DNA from: Sphyrna mokarran
Taxonomy: Eukaryota
Length of the DNA: 64,000 bases
Direction: 5' to 3'
Assembly (NCBI GenBank): GCA_024679065.1
Contig: JAGIQG010000019.1
Location: 16,616,001 to 16,680,000, forward strand
Positions 12,246 through 25,271 of this stretch are shown piece by piece. Every line of letters starts with the position of its first letter. The first letter of the stretch is position 1. A program made the position numbers and the translations under genes. The notes beneath the pieces were generated by a model. The model did not search any database and was not told the origin of the DNA. It saw nothing but the letters and a program-made list of their open reading frames with translations.

Positions 12246-12387
12246 GCTGTTATGCAAAATGTCCTGAGGGTGCTCCTTATTTGGACGAAAATATAATGAA
12301 ATGCGTTAAGTTAACTAATTGCACATGTTACTATAATGGAATGATATTGCAACCAGGCGAAAAAATAACGACTCCCTGTAAAGACTG
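12246..12387 (+). CDS. muc19: Mucin exon: TIL3/E3 ([21 protein letters not shown]...CTCYYNG...PCKDC)
   Basis: catAG / GTaaag; phase 1-2. Confidence 0.93.
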
Positions 12388-14016
12388 GTAAAGTATTTAC
12401 AACAATTTATTTTCTTATTTTACAAATCTTTGCTTCTGATGTAATCAAGTTAGTCACCCTGCCTTTCCTATGCCTGTCCCTTAGCAAATGAGAGGGGTGA
12501 ACATTGCTTGGGTTGGTGGCTGAAAGGTTTTAGTGCATCATTTGATGTGAGCTGGTATTTCTCCCCTACGCTTTCAAGGAACTGTCAAACTCCCAACAAT
12601 AACAGAGAAGGAAAAGCGATACCCATTTTGCAAATACTTCTTATTGCCCTGAGATTACCAGAGCTTCTGTGGGAATATGAAAAGTCTTCACCTACAATAG
12701 TAGGAATTGTGTTGGAATACATGTGAGGGGAGAAGGACCTCATGGCATTCTGGCCTCACTTCACGCTTGGAATGTTGGTAGGATGTCCGTATGAAGGTGT
12801 ACCAGAAGAGACCCTTATACTTACCCACCAATCACATTAGAGAGCCTGAGAAGACCATAAAAGACCTAAAAATACATGCCCCTCAATTTTGCACCCAGGA
12901 TTGCAGCAAGCTCAAACGATACACCGTGACCGCAACTGAAATCTCACAAGATTCAGAAAACAAGAGTCTTGCTGATGAGATCTTGTTTGATGATTTTCTA
13001 GTTCCACCACCCCACCACAGCTCCCCCTTCCCCCTTACCAGTGACGTATGGGATTGGATTTTATGGCTTTTCATGGCCCGAGACCGGAAAATCCTGCCCG
13101 AGGTTATTGGATCTCCCATTGTCCGCCCCTTGCCCGCTCTGATTCCCATGGTGGAGCAATGTGGTAAAATTCCAGCAATGAAGCAGGAAGGTCAGGAACC
13201 TCATTTCATCAAATTCTAATAAAATTATCAGGTTTCCCCACCATTTTGTCCCACTGCAGTTGAAATTCCATATCAACAAGGTTTACAAATGCTTTTCAAA
13301 AATGGGAAGCATATGGTTCATCAGCCAGCACTCTGCAGAGAATGGAAAATTCCACCTAAGTTTCTCTTTCCCCACAGGGAGACTCTAAATTTTCAGGTGG
13401 GTGGTCTTCCATCTCTTGCCTTTAAAGAAGCCAGAGAGCCATGAGATAATAATCAGTACTGCTGCCATAGGTCTCCTGATTGCTAAAGCAGCAGCAATTT
13501 TTCTGTCTCAGATTCTGGATATGGAATCATAGCGGGAGTATGACATAACCATGCTAATAATGTAAATCCTAAATTCCAAGTGGTTCAGGTCGGGGTAGGT
13601 GCAGTGCAGATTGTGGCCGGAATTCTCCCATCTCACCCGCCACTGAAATTCTAGCGGGCAGAGGGTGGACCATCTAAAGATCCGTTGAAGTTGAGCGGGA
13701 ATCTCCAGTTTTCAGCCAAGTGCGATGGGAGAATCCCACTGCATGTTTCGTGAGCTAACGTAGGCAAGAATAACAGGCAAGTCAGTAAAGCTTTTGCTTG
13801 ACTCCATCCTAAACATTACAGAGCAACAGTATAAATATTCCAATTGGCTTCAACTCAGTTAAAGAAGTAAATTGAATTAAAATAAATTAATATTATTTTT
13901 ATTAATAAGAACTGGAGCAAAAATGTTATTTTCTAATTGGTTTCTCAAGACATGCTTATCAATTCATCCTATAAATGAAGCAGTGATGTGAAATCTTTTC
14001 CTCCTTTCTTTTACAG

Positions 14017-14042
14017 TTACTGCCAGGATGGAAATGTTATAT
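14017..14042 (+). CDS. muc19: 26-nt mucin exon ending E3 (CYCQDGNVI-C)
   Basis: Strong polypyrimidine tract + acAG / GTaagt; both junction codons (TG+T, T+GT) are Cys. Confidence 0.85.
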
Positions 14043-15116
14043 GTAAGTAATTTATTTACAAAAATACTTCAAATGTGTGATATAGTAGATGAATTGTTTG
14101 TTCAATGTCAGTAATTTCAAGAATGATTTGTTACCTCATGTCAATACAATTGTTAGCAAAACATACCAACTTAATTTTAAAATCAAATCTTAGATCTTGA
14201 CATAGCAGACATGTAACAGAATGATTCATGAACAAAAACAATGATTCATGAACAAGACTTAATGGCATTTGAAGGGTATGTGATAGTGATGGTGCTTATG
14301 CACTTCCAAGGTCAACATGGAGGGAGCTATTAGTATTGGCTTATGGCAAAAAAAACGCAAGTCTTTGGCACTCTTGATTGTTTTTCTCATTATCCATGAA
14401 TATCAGATGATACAATCATTAGTTCCACATTTGTTAAGAGATCCGTTCTTTTACATTTTTTGTACCAATCTCCTCAGTCCTGGCAGGGTCTTTAAGTTTT
14501 GGACAGCCTGATTGTGCATTGTCCCTTTTTTAAGCGGGTTGATGACTTGCATTTAAAGATCACGCCGGTACTGGGATTTTACCTTTGATAGTGCTCATCT
14601 TTGTCAGTACAACTGTGTCTGTTCCTTGATGTAATACCAGATTAGATGCTGTCTAGAGGATTTGGTTGTCTACCTGACTGTTAGTCATAGATTGTTACTA
14701 ACAACCAGGCTGAAATGGGATATCTGTTCAGAGCATCCTCCTACTTCTCCGTAGCCCTATCGTCATACTGTCTTCACAAAGGCTTAATAGAAAATGAAGG
14801 CCTTTACATATTCAGGCAGATGAAAAATGGGCAGATATTCATCAAGTGGTATTACCAGTGAGTTATAAAATGAAGATGTTACAGGTAACAAATGAGGTAA
14901 CAGTAGGAAAATTTGGAAGAAAGGAAAACTGAATCTAAAATACAAAAACATTTTTTATTGGCCTGGACTGCATAAAGATGTGGCTGAATTTTCCCAGATA
15001 TGTCACACATGTCAAGTAATAGTGAAACCTCAAGTGATGATAAAACCAGAATTCTTAATCCCCCTTCCGGCATTGGAGGAATCTTTTACAAGGATCTTAA
15101 TTGCTTGTATAGGAAA

Positions 15117-15895
15117 AACAGAACATAGAACATAGAAAAACTACAGCACAAACAGGCCCTTCGGCGCTCAAGTTATGCCGATGATATCCCCACCTACTAG
15201 ACTTACCTATAATCCTCAATCCCATTAAATCCCGCGTAGTTATCTAAAATTCTCTTAAAAGACCCTATCAACTTTGCCTCCACTGACGGCAGCCGATTCC
15301 ACTCATCCACCATCTTCTCAGTGAAAAACCTACCCCTGATATCTCCTCTGTCCCTACTCCCCAGCACCTTAAACCTGTGTCCTCTTGTAGTGACCATTTC
15401 AGCCCTGGGAAAAAGACTCTGAGAATCCACCCTATCTATACCTCTCAACATCTTATAAACCTCTACAAAGTACCTCTCATTCTTCATCTCTCTAAGGAGA
15501 AAAGACCAAGCTCCCTCAACCTATCCTCATAAGGCATGCCATCCAATCCAGGCAACATCCTTGTAAATCTCCTCTGCACCCTTTTAATAGTTTCCACATC
15601 CTTCCTGTAATGAGGCTACCAGATATGTGCACAGTATTCCAGGTAGAGTCTGACTAGAGTCTAATAAAGCTGCAACGTTATCTCCCGACTCCTAAACTCA
15701 GTTTCTCAATTGATGAAAGCCAGTACATCGTACGTCTTCTTGACCACATCTTCTACCTGCGAGGCCAATTTAAGAGTCCTATGGGCCCAAACCCCAAGGT
15801 CCTTCTGATCCTCTACAATACTAAGAGTCTTACTCTTGATATTATACTCCTTCATCCCATTTGACCTGCCAAAATGGACCACTACACATTTATCT
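15117..15895 (-). mobile_element. CR1/HER1-like LINE 3' fragment nested in the Gypsy integrase
   Basis: (agaacat)n tail; ORF 15203-15487 VEVYKMLRGIDRVDS...; splits LIACIG from KTKSRNQYLLTIMD. Confidence 0.9.
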
Positions 15896-18324
15896 GTGAA
15901 AACGAAAAGTAGGAATCAATATCTATTGACCATAATGGATGTGTTTCCTAGGTTTCCAGAAGCTATTCTATTACTAAATATTATAGCTGAAAGGATTATA
16001 CAATAGTTACTTACATTTTTTACTTGATGTGGACGACCCACAGAAATACAATCAAATCAAGTATCAAATTTTATATCAAAGTTATTCAAGGAGGCTATGG
16101 ATAGCTTAGGAATAAAATAATTTAAATCAACTGCATACCATCCAAAATCACAGAGAGCGTTAAAACAGTGGCATCAAACTTTAAAGACAATCCTGATGGC
16201 TTTTTGTCAAGATTATCCAGAGGATTGGGATAAAGGAATTCCATTTGTACTTTTTGTGATTAGGGATACACCTAATGAATCACCTAAGCTATATTTAAAT
16301 GGATTTTTGATTATAAGGTAAAAGGACTACTTAAATTGATTAAAGAGAAATTGGTGAATCAGCGTTCTAAGATTGCATTATTGGACTCCTTGTCAAATTT
16401 TAGGGGAAGTTTAAATAGAGCAGGTGAGTTGGCTAGACAACATTTAAAAGTGATACAGTATGTGATGAAACAAGAAGCAGATAAGAAATCAAAAATTCAC
16501 AATTTTGCCAGTGGGGATGAAGTATTAGTACCAGTGGTAGATGAACCATTACAAGCCAAGGTGGCAAGGAAATTGAGTAAGGTAAATTATTTGATAAGAC
16601 TGCCAGATAGAAGGAAAACTTACAGAGAATGTCATGTGAATACGGTCAAATGGTGTTTTGATAGAGAAGGAAAGCAGAAAAGGGATATGTTAATGTTTAC
16701 AACTCAGAGTGAAGAACTGTATTTGGATGACCCTGAATTTGACATTCCTCAAATTAAGTTGGATAGTGATGAAGTTATCTGACATTGGAATAAGTTGTTG
16801 TTACTTTTGGAGGTGAATTAAAATGACCTGAAAAACTTATTAAAATCACATGGAGAGATATGTGGGAGTAAGCCTGGTAGTAATAAATTAGAGATGCATG
16901 ATGTTGGTGTAGGAAATGCTGTTCCAATTCAACAACAACCTTATAGGTGTAACCCTCTAAAATTGGCACAGGTTCAAAAAGAGATTGAAAAAGGATGCCT
17001 AAAAATAACATAATTGAAGTGAGTTGCAGTGAGGGGAGCTCATCCATAGTGATGGTACCAATAACAGATAGTACGCAGTGATAGTGTGTGGACTACAAGA
17101 AAGTTAATGCAATTACAAAATCAGATTCTATCTTATTCCTCAGTTGGAGGACTGCATTGAGAAGGTGGCACAAATGACTTTTAAATCCAAACTGGACTTA
17201 CTCAAAGATTACTAGCATATACCTTTATCTGAAAGAGTGAAGGAGATTTCAATTTTCATCTTACTAGATGCTTTGTACCAGTTCAAAGTCATAACATTTG
17301 AAATGAACAATGCCCCAGCCACATTTCAAAGATTAACCAACAAGGTCATTTCAGGATTACCCAATTGTACGGTGTACAAGGATGATCTGATATCTTTAGG
17401 CAGAAGTGGAAAGAACATTTGAAGCACCTGGTGAAATTGTTTAATCAGTTTCAGCAGGCAGGCATGGTGGTAAACTTGGCTGAGGGTGAGTTTGAAAGTC
17501 ACCTTTCTCAGTCATACAATTGGACATGGAAAGATGGCCCCATGGGATGTGAAAACAAACGTTTGTGTGGAGTTCCCAATACCACCAACAAGATAGGAAA
17601 TACTAAGATTTCTGGGCCTAAGTGTTTTTTATCGGAAATTTGAGCTGAATTTTAGTAGTATTGCTTCACTGAAGAAGCGCAGCAACTTTCAGTGGACATC
17701 AGGCATTTGACAGCCTGAATGCTGTGTTAACCAGTGCCCCTATATTGGCTGCACCGAATTATGCAAAACTACTCAAGGTGGCCATTGATGCGAGTAATGG
17801 GGCTGTCAGTGCTGTATTATTACAAGAAGATAACTTGTATATAGAATGGCCTATTGGGTATTTTTAGGAAAAACTAAATGGTCATCAGAAGAAATATTCA
17901 ACTATTAAGAAAGAGGCCTTGGGCAGAACTTTCCCTACCACCCATCATAGGAATTAAAGTGGCTGTGGGGGGGAAAGGGGGACATGCAAAGGTCTGTTGA
18001 CCTCGGACGGGATTTTTCCTGTCTTGGGGAGAGTGCAGCAGGAGAATCTCGTCTTTTGAGTTTGGCATTGTCTGTGATGATTATGTACGCTGATGACAAT
18101 CCATTAACTTTTCTGGAGAAATTTAAGGGTGAAAATGCAAATATAGTTTATGGTTACAGCCACTTAATTTGAAAATTATATATGTGGCAAGAAGAGAGAA
18201 TATGATTACCAATGCTTTGCTATGAATTTGATGTTAGAAGAAGGAATATTCGATGGTGGAATACGAGGAGCGAAATGGACAATGTTACTGTTATGTTTGC
18301 ATGTTTTGATTTTATGAAATACAT

Positions 18325-18630
18325 ACAATCCCTACAGTGCAGAAAGGGGCCATTTGGGTCATTGAATCTGCTCTAACCACAGTCCCAGCTAGGTCCTATT
18401 CCCATAACCCCACAGATATACCCTGCTCATCCCCCGACGTTAGGCACAATTTTTCATGGCCAATCAACCTAAACTATCATCTTTGGACTGTGGAAGGAAA
18501 CCAGATCACCCAGAGGAAATTGACTCAGACACGGGGAGAACGTGCAAGCTCCACAGACAGTGACCTGAGATTGAAATTGAACACAGATCCCTGGCATTGT
18601 GAGGCAGCAGTGCTAACCACTGTGTCACCG
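18325..18630 (-). mobile_element. HE1-like SINE nested in the Gypsy element
   Basis: ccctacagtgcagaa tail ... gcagtgctaaccactgtgtcaccg head. Confidence 0.82.
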
Positions 18631-19689
18631 TATATATATTGTAGAATACTAGTAATGTGGATCTAGAAGGTTGCGAAAAAAAAACCTTCTTTGGTTACTG
18701 ATGGTTCAGGTTTTTCTTAAGGGGGGAGGTATAATGCTATTGTATCTTTAGGAAATATGTTGTCATCATGTTTCTTGTAGTCTCCGGTGTTTTAGCAGTG
18801 TTGGTCTGTCTACCAGCCTCTTGTATTATTGATGTAGCTGCCTAAGTGTTTCTAATGGCTGGAATATTGATTTAATCAGAACTAATGCTGTTCTGCTGTT
18901 TTTCCCTGGGAGATTTTACAGTGGGGTTTCATTGGTTTTGTAGTGGGGAGGTTGTGCTTTTTCACACAATATTCAAGTTAAGATGCTGTTTTTTTGAGTT
19001 ATGAAGGTTGGAGTTGGAGACTGGAGTTTGCCAGGAGATAAGTTTCTTTCTTGAAAATTCTGTTGTATAAGAGTTGCTGCTTTGGAAGTTGCAATGAGAG
19101 AAGTTTCCCTTTCTATCTCTGAAGTTGGAGACTGGGAGCTGCTGCCGATTGGCTTTGCTTCTCTGAGATTTTGCTATTTGGAGGATATGGCCTTCTTTGA
19201 GAATTGCTACCTGGACTTTTGTCCAGAAGTGTTAAAAAGCTGGAAATTTGGCATCATGTGAGCATATTTGTTATTGTGCTGACTAATACTGGAGAAGGAT
19301 ATATGTCTGTGGGATATTACTATACATTGGAACAACAAAGCTAACTAGCTGTTAAGAGTTATACTATGTCATGTTTAAGTCTTGTAATTGGTAAACGTTA
19401 TGCTAATTCTTTTTAACTGTATTCTTAAGTAAGTTTTGTTTGACAGAACCTTCCTAGTGGGTCACTTGAATCACACCTGGAGTGAAACACCTTATGCTCA
19501 CCCAGTGTCCAAATCAAATGTAAAACTTGGAGTCTACACTAACTTCCCAAAACACCTTGGATTTTCTAGCCTGATCTTAACACACCTCACCCCTACCCAT
19601 AGATATAAAATTCCAAGCAACATCTCTGAACAGGTTTGCAGTGAAAACCATATCAGAATCTTGCAGAAAAGTGGTTAATTTCATAGTAT

Positions 19690-20078
19690 CTGTTAGGTTC
19701 AGGAATTTGCTGGCACTTCACGGTCTGGTACAAGCGTATGAGTTTATTAGGAATTCCTCTTATACCTTACTTGCTATAACTCCCACGACTTGCCTGCTCT
19801 TGCAAAATCTCACTAACTGTCCTGGCTGGAGACAATACCTCTTTAACTTGTGCTTAACTCTCTCTCCATTCACATTGTCTGTACCTTTAAGACTTGATTA
19901 CCTGTAAAGACTTGCATTCCAACCATTATTTTGTAAATTGAGTTTATGTCTTCATATGCTCTGTTTGTGAACATGACTCCCACTCATCTGATGAAGGAGC
20001 AGTCCTCTGAAAGCTTGTGTCTTGTGCTACCAAACAAACCTGTTGGACTTTAATCTAATGTTGTGAGCCTTCTTACTG
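19690..20078 (+). mobile_element. Penelope-type terminal region carrying a hammerhead motif (19985-20019)
   Basis: cat-CTGATGA-a-ggagcagtcctct-GAAA-gc-TT-gtg followed by caaacaaacctgttggactttaa, homologous to 8020-8065. Confidence 0.65.
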
Positions 20079-21385
20079 TTACTTGACGTTACCAGTCCTT
20101 TCCTTCTATTATTCTCTCTTACAATGTCATTATTACACATTTCTCCAGAGAACACCCATTTACATTCATTGGTTAATTAAACACCAATTAATTAACCAAT
20201 TGGTCAGCACTAATTGGTTCAGACTTCTGATCATGCACAATCCATGAGTTAGTGGTCTCTGTCAAGCTTAGCTGATCATGAGCTGTGAATGTATGCAGCA
20301 CATCTCAACATGTTATAACATTGTAACATGCCCCAGCACAAGTAAAACCTGAAATCTTAGCATCATCTCACCCACGAGAAAATGCTGGTACAGATATATT
20401 GTGGAAAATGTTATAAAAATTATGAAAAATAAAATGGTTGGCTTCCCACATATCTGATATCAGGCAACTGCTGGTAATTGTTTTTTGTTCGGTGTTTTGT
20501 ATGTATTTACAATTCGATATGTCTGTGGTTAGCTGGTGAAGCTGTAAGTAATTCTCACTTTGTCACTGTATTGTGGTTGGTGTGACACTGTGCAGCACCA
20601 TTCCGGGGAAGAGTACTTCCCCTTGTTCCTGAAATTACTCCAGTTGTATCTCCATATTTATATCAGAACACCTCAAAGATGTTCTGAAACATTTTCCCCT
20701 GTAGATAATTTCCTCCATCCATTTTTTTCAATTTGGCCATCTTAAAAATTAATTTTAATTGGTAAATTGCTAAAGGGACTTGTTTAACAAAGTGATAGCT
20801 TGTCAAGTTGAACAAACTCAGTGAGTTTGAACTCCAAGAATAGAAGAGATGAAGCTTTTCAAAGAAAACAATGGAAACTCGAAAGACACATAGAGATACC
20901 CAAGACATCCCATAACATGATACCATGGAAAGTCAGGAAAAGTCCCTTGAATCAAAAAGAAGCTGAAAGGACAATGAAAAATTAGCCAGAATGTCCAGAG
21001 GCTTCCAAACAGAATTAGCAGAGAAAATGTAATAGCTGTCAAATCTTTCACATAACTGGGGCTACTGTCAGCTTAACAGTTGCTGACTGATAGCAATGTT
21101 CCACTTGCATAAGCAAGTCTCTGTGTACTTGTAATATGTATTGAATTTGGCACCAGACAATACCAGTCTAGGACATTGCAATTGCTAATGAAATAATCCT
21201 GTTAACTTATATCTTCATACCGTGAGAATGGTTGAAAACTTAAAGGAACTGGAGTCTACAAATAGCTTTTTCAACATGACATTTGCAGCATGTCTATTTA
21301 GTTTTGTGATATAACACTACTGCAATAGCATAGGAATTTAGCTTATTTCCAAGTAGTTTTAACCATTTTTTGTCTGTTTGTGAAG

Positions 21386-21436
21386 GTACCCCTATTACAA
21401 CTATACCAACAACACCGACTACTGTCTCCATACCAG
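21386..21436 (+). CDS. muc19: First PTS microexon, 51 nt (C-TPITTIPTTPTTVSIP)
   Basis: gaAG / GTgagt; phase 1-1; completes the Cys begun in the previous exon. Confidence 0.85.
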
Positions 21437-21514
21437 GTGAGTGATGGCTTTTAGGATCATTATAACAGTCACTTTGTTTCAACAGCTTCCAGGTAGTGAA
21501 ATCCTGTGGGTGTT

Positions 21515-21825
21515 CATAGAATTTCTACGGTGCAGAAAGAGGCCATTTGGCCCATCAAATCTGCACCAATTATGTTCTTACCAAGCTCTATTTCCTTAGT
21601 TCCACATATTTATTCTGTTAGTTCCCCTGACATAGGACCAATTTAGCATGGCCGGTCAACCTAACCTGCATATCTTTGGCATATGGGAGGAAACCAGTGC
21701 ACCTGGACGAAATCACACAGACATGAGGAGAATGTGCAACCTCCACACAGATATGAGGCCTGAGGCTGGAATTGAACTTGGGCACCTGGTGCTGTGAGGC
21801 AGCAATGCTAAGCACCGTGTTGTCC
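21515..21825 (-). mobile_element. HE1-like SINE
   Basis: catagaatttctacggtgcagaaagaggcc tail; tRNA-like head. Confidence 0.82.
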
Positions 21826-22736
21826 TATGTTGAGGACATAACCTCCAGAGTGACTCAGTGAAATGCAGTTATTTGAATGAAATTAGTCCAAAGTGTATGA
21901 CAGATGTGTCATGGTCGAGATGCAAAAGAGCAAAACGTATATGCGTTCATATATGTTATATCTATATTTATCAGTTGGATTACTTTACAAAGTAAATTTT
22001 ATGTGCTTTATAAAATGGACACTTGCTGAGCTACAAAATATCTCCAGCTTATCACATGATGCCTTCAACAGTATCAAAGTAACAATGGCCCCACAGACGA
22101 TGGGGCCAACTTTGAAAGGCAATCTTTTGCAGGTCTTAATCTCCCACAATGGTGCTAACGGACTAAGCATCGATGGCTAGAACTGGTTTAAGAAAAGTAA
22201 TGTACCGCAACAAATTCTTTTAGACAAACTTGCTAAACAATATTACAAAGGTGGGTAAGGAAGCATTAACCAGTGAAACACTAACCACCCTATATTGGGT
22301 AGAGGTATGGATTCTCGGACATTGCTTGCAGCTGGGATTCTCTGGTCTGAATGGAGTGAGCGCCAAATTCTCCATTCTCGCTGGCAGTGGTAGCAGGGTG
22401 TGAATGGCTAGAGAATTCTGGCCAAAAAGTTTAGCAAGTGTCCATTTTATAAAGCACATAAAATTTACTTTGTAAAGTAATCCAACTGATAAATATAGAT
22501 ATAACATATATGAATGCATATACATTTTGCTCTTTTGCATCTCGACCATGACACATCTGTCATACACTTTGGACTAATTTCATTCAAATAACTGCATTTC
22601 ACTGAGTCACTCTGGAGGTTATGTCCTCAACATAGGACAACACGGTGGCACAGTGCTTAGCATTGCTGTCTCACAGCACCAGGGGCCCAGGTTCAATTCC
22701 AGCCTCAGGCCTCATATCTGTGTGGAGGTTGTACAT
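21732..22736. repeat. Inverted duplication: ~300-bp arms (21732-22027 / 22433-22736), ~405-bp spacer
   Basis: Arms are near-perfect reverse complements; the same peptide MYDRCVMVEMQKSK appears on both strands. Confidence 0.95.
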
Positions 22737-24960
22737 AAAAAGTTTCCTTTTGAGATCCAAGATCCTGGGGTACTCAAGTCCCTACCCAGAACAGGTAGAA
22801 GAATCAGAACTAAGCAAGGATTGGAAACCTGTATTCAAAGGATACAGAACACGGCTGGAGGAGCTGGAGAGGAAGAGACTAATGAAATAGTTCCAAGGAA
22901 GGGAAAGAGAAGGAGAAAGAGAATTTCAACAGAGGAAAGTAGAAAGTGATTGGACTCACCAACAAAAGATGCTAGAGTTGAAAAAGATCAAAAGACAGAG
23001 AGGGAATTCCAAAATGAAATGAGGGAAATAGTTAACTTGTGGGGATGTGCCTTGGTGTAGTCACAAGCATTGCGTCCCAAGAAGAACAGGGTGAAAAAGC
23101 CAGGCAATTGCAGCAAAACTCTGCTCTGTGGCAGACGGTAAAAAGAGTTTGGAGGCCTGCCAAGGATGAAACAAGCTCTCAGGAATAAGGCGTTTCCAGA
23201 AAAGCTTTCTGGATTTATAAGGGCTGCAGTTCAGCCAGAAAACACAGAAGAAGCTGCGACCAAGCTGCAGAGATCTGCGGAAAGGCAGAAAGCGAGCACC
23301 CACAAGGATGGCTGGGCCTCCACAGACATCGGGCAAGTGTTACTCGAAGGTAGCAAGGTCAGAAGCTGGGCCAGTAAAATTAAACCAATCCAGAGAAGGC
23401 CCCTAGAATCCAAAGTAGATTCTCCCAAAAAAAAAGCCCACAGCTGCATAGGGACCACTGCGAGTGAGATTGGAGAATTTGGCACTCAGCCAAACCTCTG
23501 TTCACTGCAGTGAGACCAGACGATCCCAGCTACAAGCAATGTCCAAGAATCTTCTATCTCCAGCAAGGCAAGGAATCATGAAGGCACGCATGCTCGCACA
23601 ACCAATAGCCAGTCAATTTAAAGGGAAGAGAGCCCTACTCCTGTTTGATCAACAGGAAGTCTGACTGTCTGAAATCTTCTTTCCACTTTTAGAAGAAGAA
23701 TGGCTGGACCATCCGAAACACACTCTGCTTCAGTGAGAATTTACCTCAATGGCTGTTAGTCCATAAGGAGCCAACACCCCTAGGTTACACTTTAGCTTAA
23801 TTCGAAGCAATTTTTAAAAATGGCATCTGGGCTTCTGGCTAATATGCAAATGAGATCGAACCTTGGAGGAGGAGATATGCCTACTCTAATTAGCTTGGAT
23901 CATGTAGATCAAGCCCAAGATAGGAAGTGAGAGCCCCGTCCTGTCAGCTTGGATCGGGAATGTCTCAACTTGTTGAGACTCTGAATTGGACTTGGTTTAA
24001 TTGAATTGGAATAAAAACAAAAAAAAAGTTGGAGGGAGAACTGAACAATTCACAAATGGTGCCAGAACAGGTGAGGAAACTGCTTCCCTCAATCAAAAAG
24101 CCTCCAGAGAGCATAGCTGGGTCTACACCTCCACTCAATCATAGTGGTATTCCACAGGACATGGAACATGTAAGGAGAATGCCTCCTTCAAATCCAAAAC
24201 CCTGGCTAGGAGGCCAGTGACCATCTTTGCAAATCACCTTTGAGTGAAAATAATCATGGAGCCAGAAAGTTCCATAAAAGGAGGATAGGTGATGTCTCCT
24301 CCAGTTGATAAGCCAATCGGTGAACCATTAGACCTGACCATTTCCCAGGGGGCAGTAGTGTTCCAAAAGTCACCAAATTCATCACCCAACTCAGCAGCAA
24401 AGGGACCCCAACCAGATTGGACCCTATGTTTATTCCACTAGGCTACAGCACTATAACCATATCCAATACAATGATGGAGCAGCCACTGCCAGGAGATTCT
24501 CTTACTAGTGGCCCAACCCAGAAAGGCTGACCCAAGTTCAGGGGTCAACTAGCATCAGAAACTGGAACTTGCCAGCTATTAGCCCCCGAATCAGGGTCCG
24601 CCAAGGTGGCTAACAGCCCTTTAGTACCTTCCATTCTCCTCATACTTGACCTATCCCAGTCTCTGGGTCCAGGCAATGGTAATCCCAGGTTACTGAGCAG
24701 CCAGGTGCTGAGCAGCACAGGAGCAATCCTACAATCCCAAGGCCTGGCACCTCCAGAGTAGGATATGCAACATTCCCTTTTGCAATGCACAGAGCTGCTT
24801 AACCTGTACTCAATCCCTCAAAGCCCATCACCCAGTAAAACCCCCAGACCTGGTTGAAGATACGAGTGAATAGAGGGAGGGGGTTGACCCCCAACAAGAG
24901 AGAATTCTTGTTCTAAATAGGCTTCCCCAGACAGGTGAAATTCAAACCGTCCCCGAATTA
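22737..24960. mobile_element. Probable degenerate LTR-retroelement debris (gag-like coiled-coil piece plus LTR-like sequence)
   Basis: Purine-rich ELSKDW...RLEELERKR segment and LTR-like composition; no diagnostic motif confirmed. Confidence 0.3.
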
Positions 24961-25271
24961 CCTACACTGCTGGAAAGGACAGTGTCTGTGCAGTTGTCTA
25001 AAGTCTAGATTTTTATAGGAAGGAGCAGTATGGGAACCATCATTTCCCTTGTTAACTCTGTGCTCAAATTTCCTCTGTGAATGAAAGAATGCCTTTGGAT
25101 TTCTGTGTTTCCTTATCCTTTTTTCCTGAGGCGACATTAGGAGAACAAATAGAATTGATTTCATTTTCACAATGCGGAAGTCATGTCAAGGTGAGATGTG
25201 GAAGAGATTATATGTTCATCAGTTGGATTATTAGTAAAGCCATTTTGATTGTTTTTCTTGTTCTTCCAAAG

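Larger units (their letters stand above)
14780..19582 (+). mobile_element. Degenerate Ty3/Gypsy LTR retrotransposon, Gmr1-like (IN-RT-RH order), with 3' LTR
   Basis: HFYWPGL...CHTCQ zinc finger (~14950); integrase core TAYHPKSQ (~16130); RT NAPATFQR, YKDDL (~17310-17390); RNase H IDASNGAVSAVL (~17785); PPT aaggggggagg 18719-18729; LTR ~18730-19582 ending TTAACA. Confidence 0.88.

Noticed and set aside
2801-14042. von Willebrand factor, otogelin or SCO-spondin identity
   Set aside because: D3 is followed by a PTS region rather than VWA or TSP1 domains, and the D2-D' linker (SIAPTTARP) has no furin RxxR site. Otogelin is not formally excluded without a tree.
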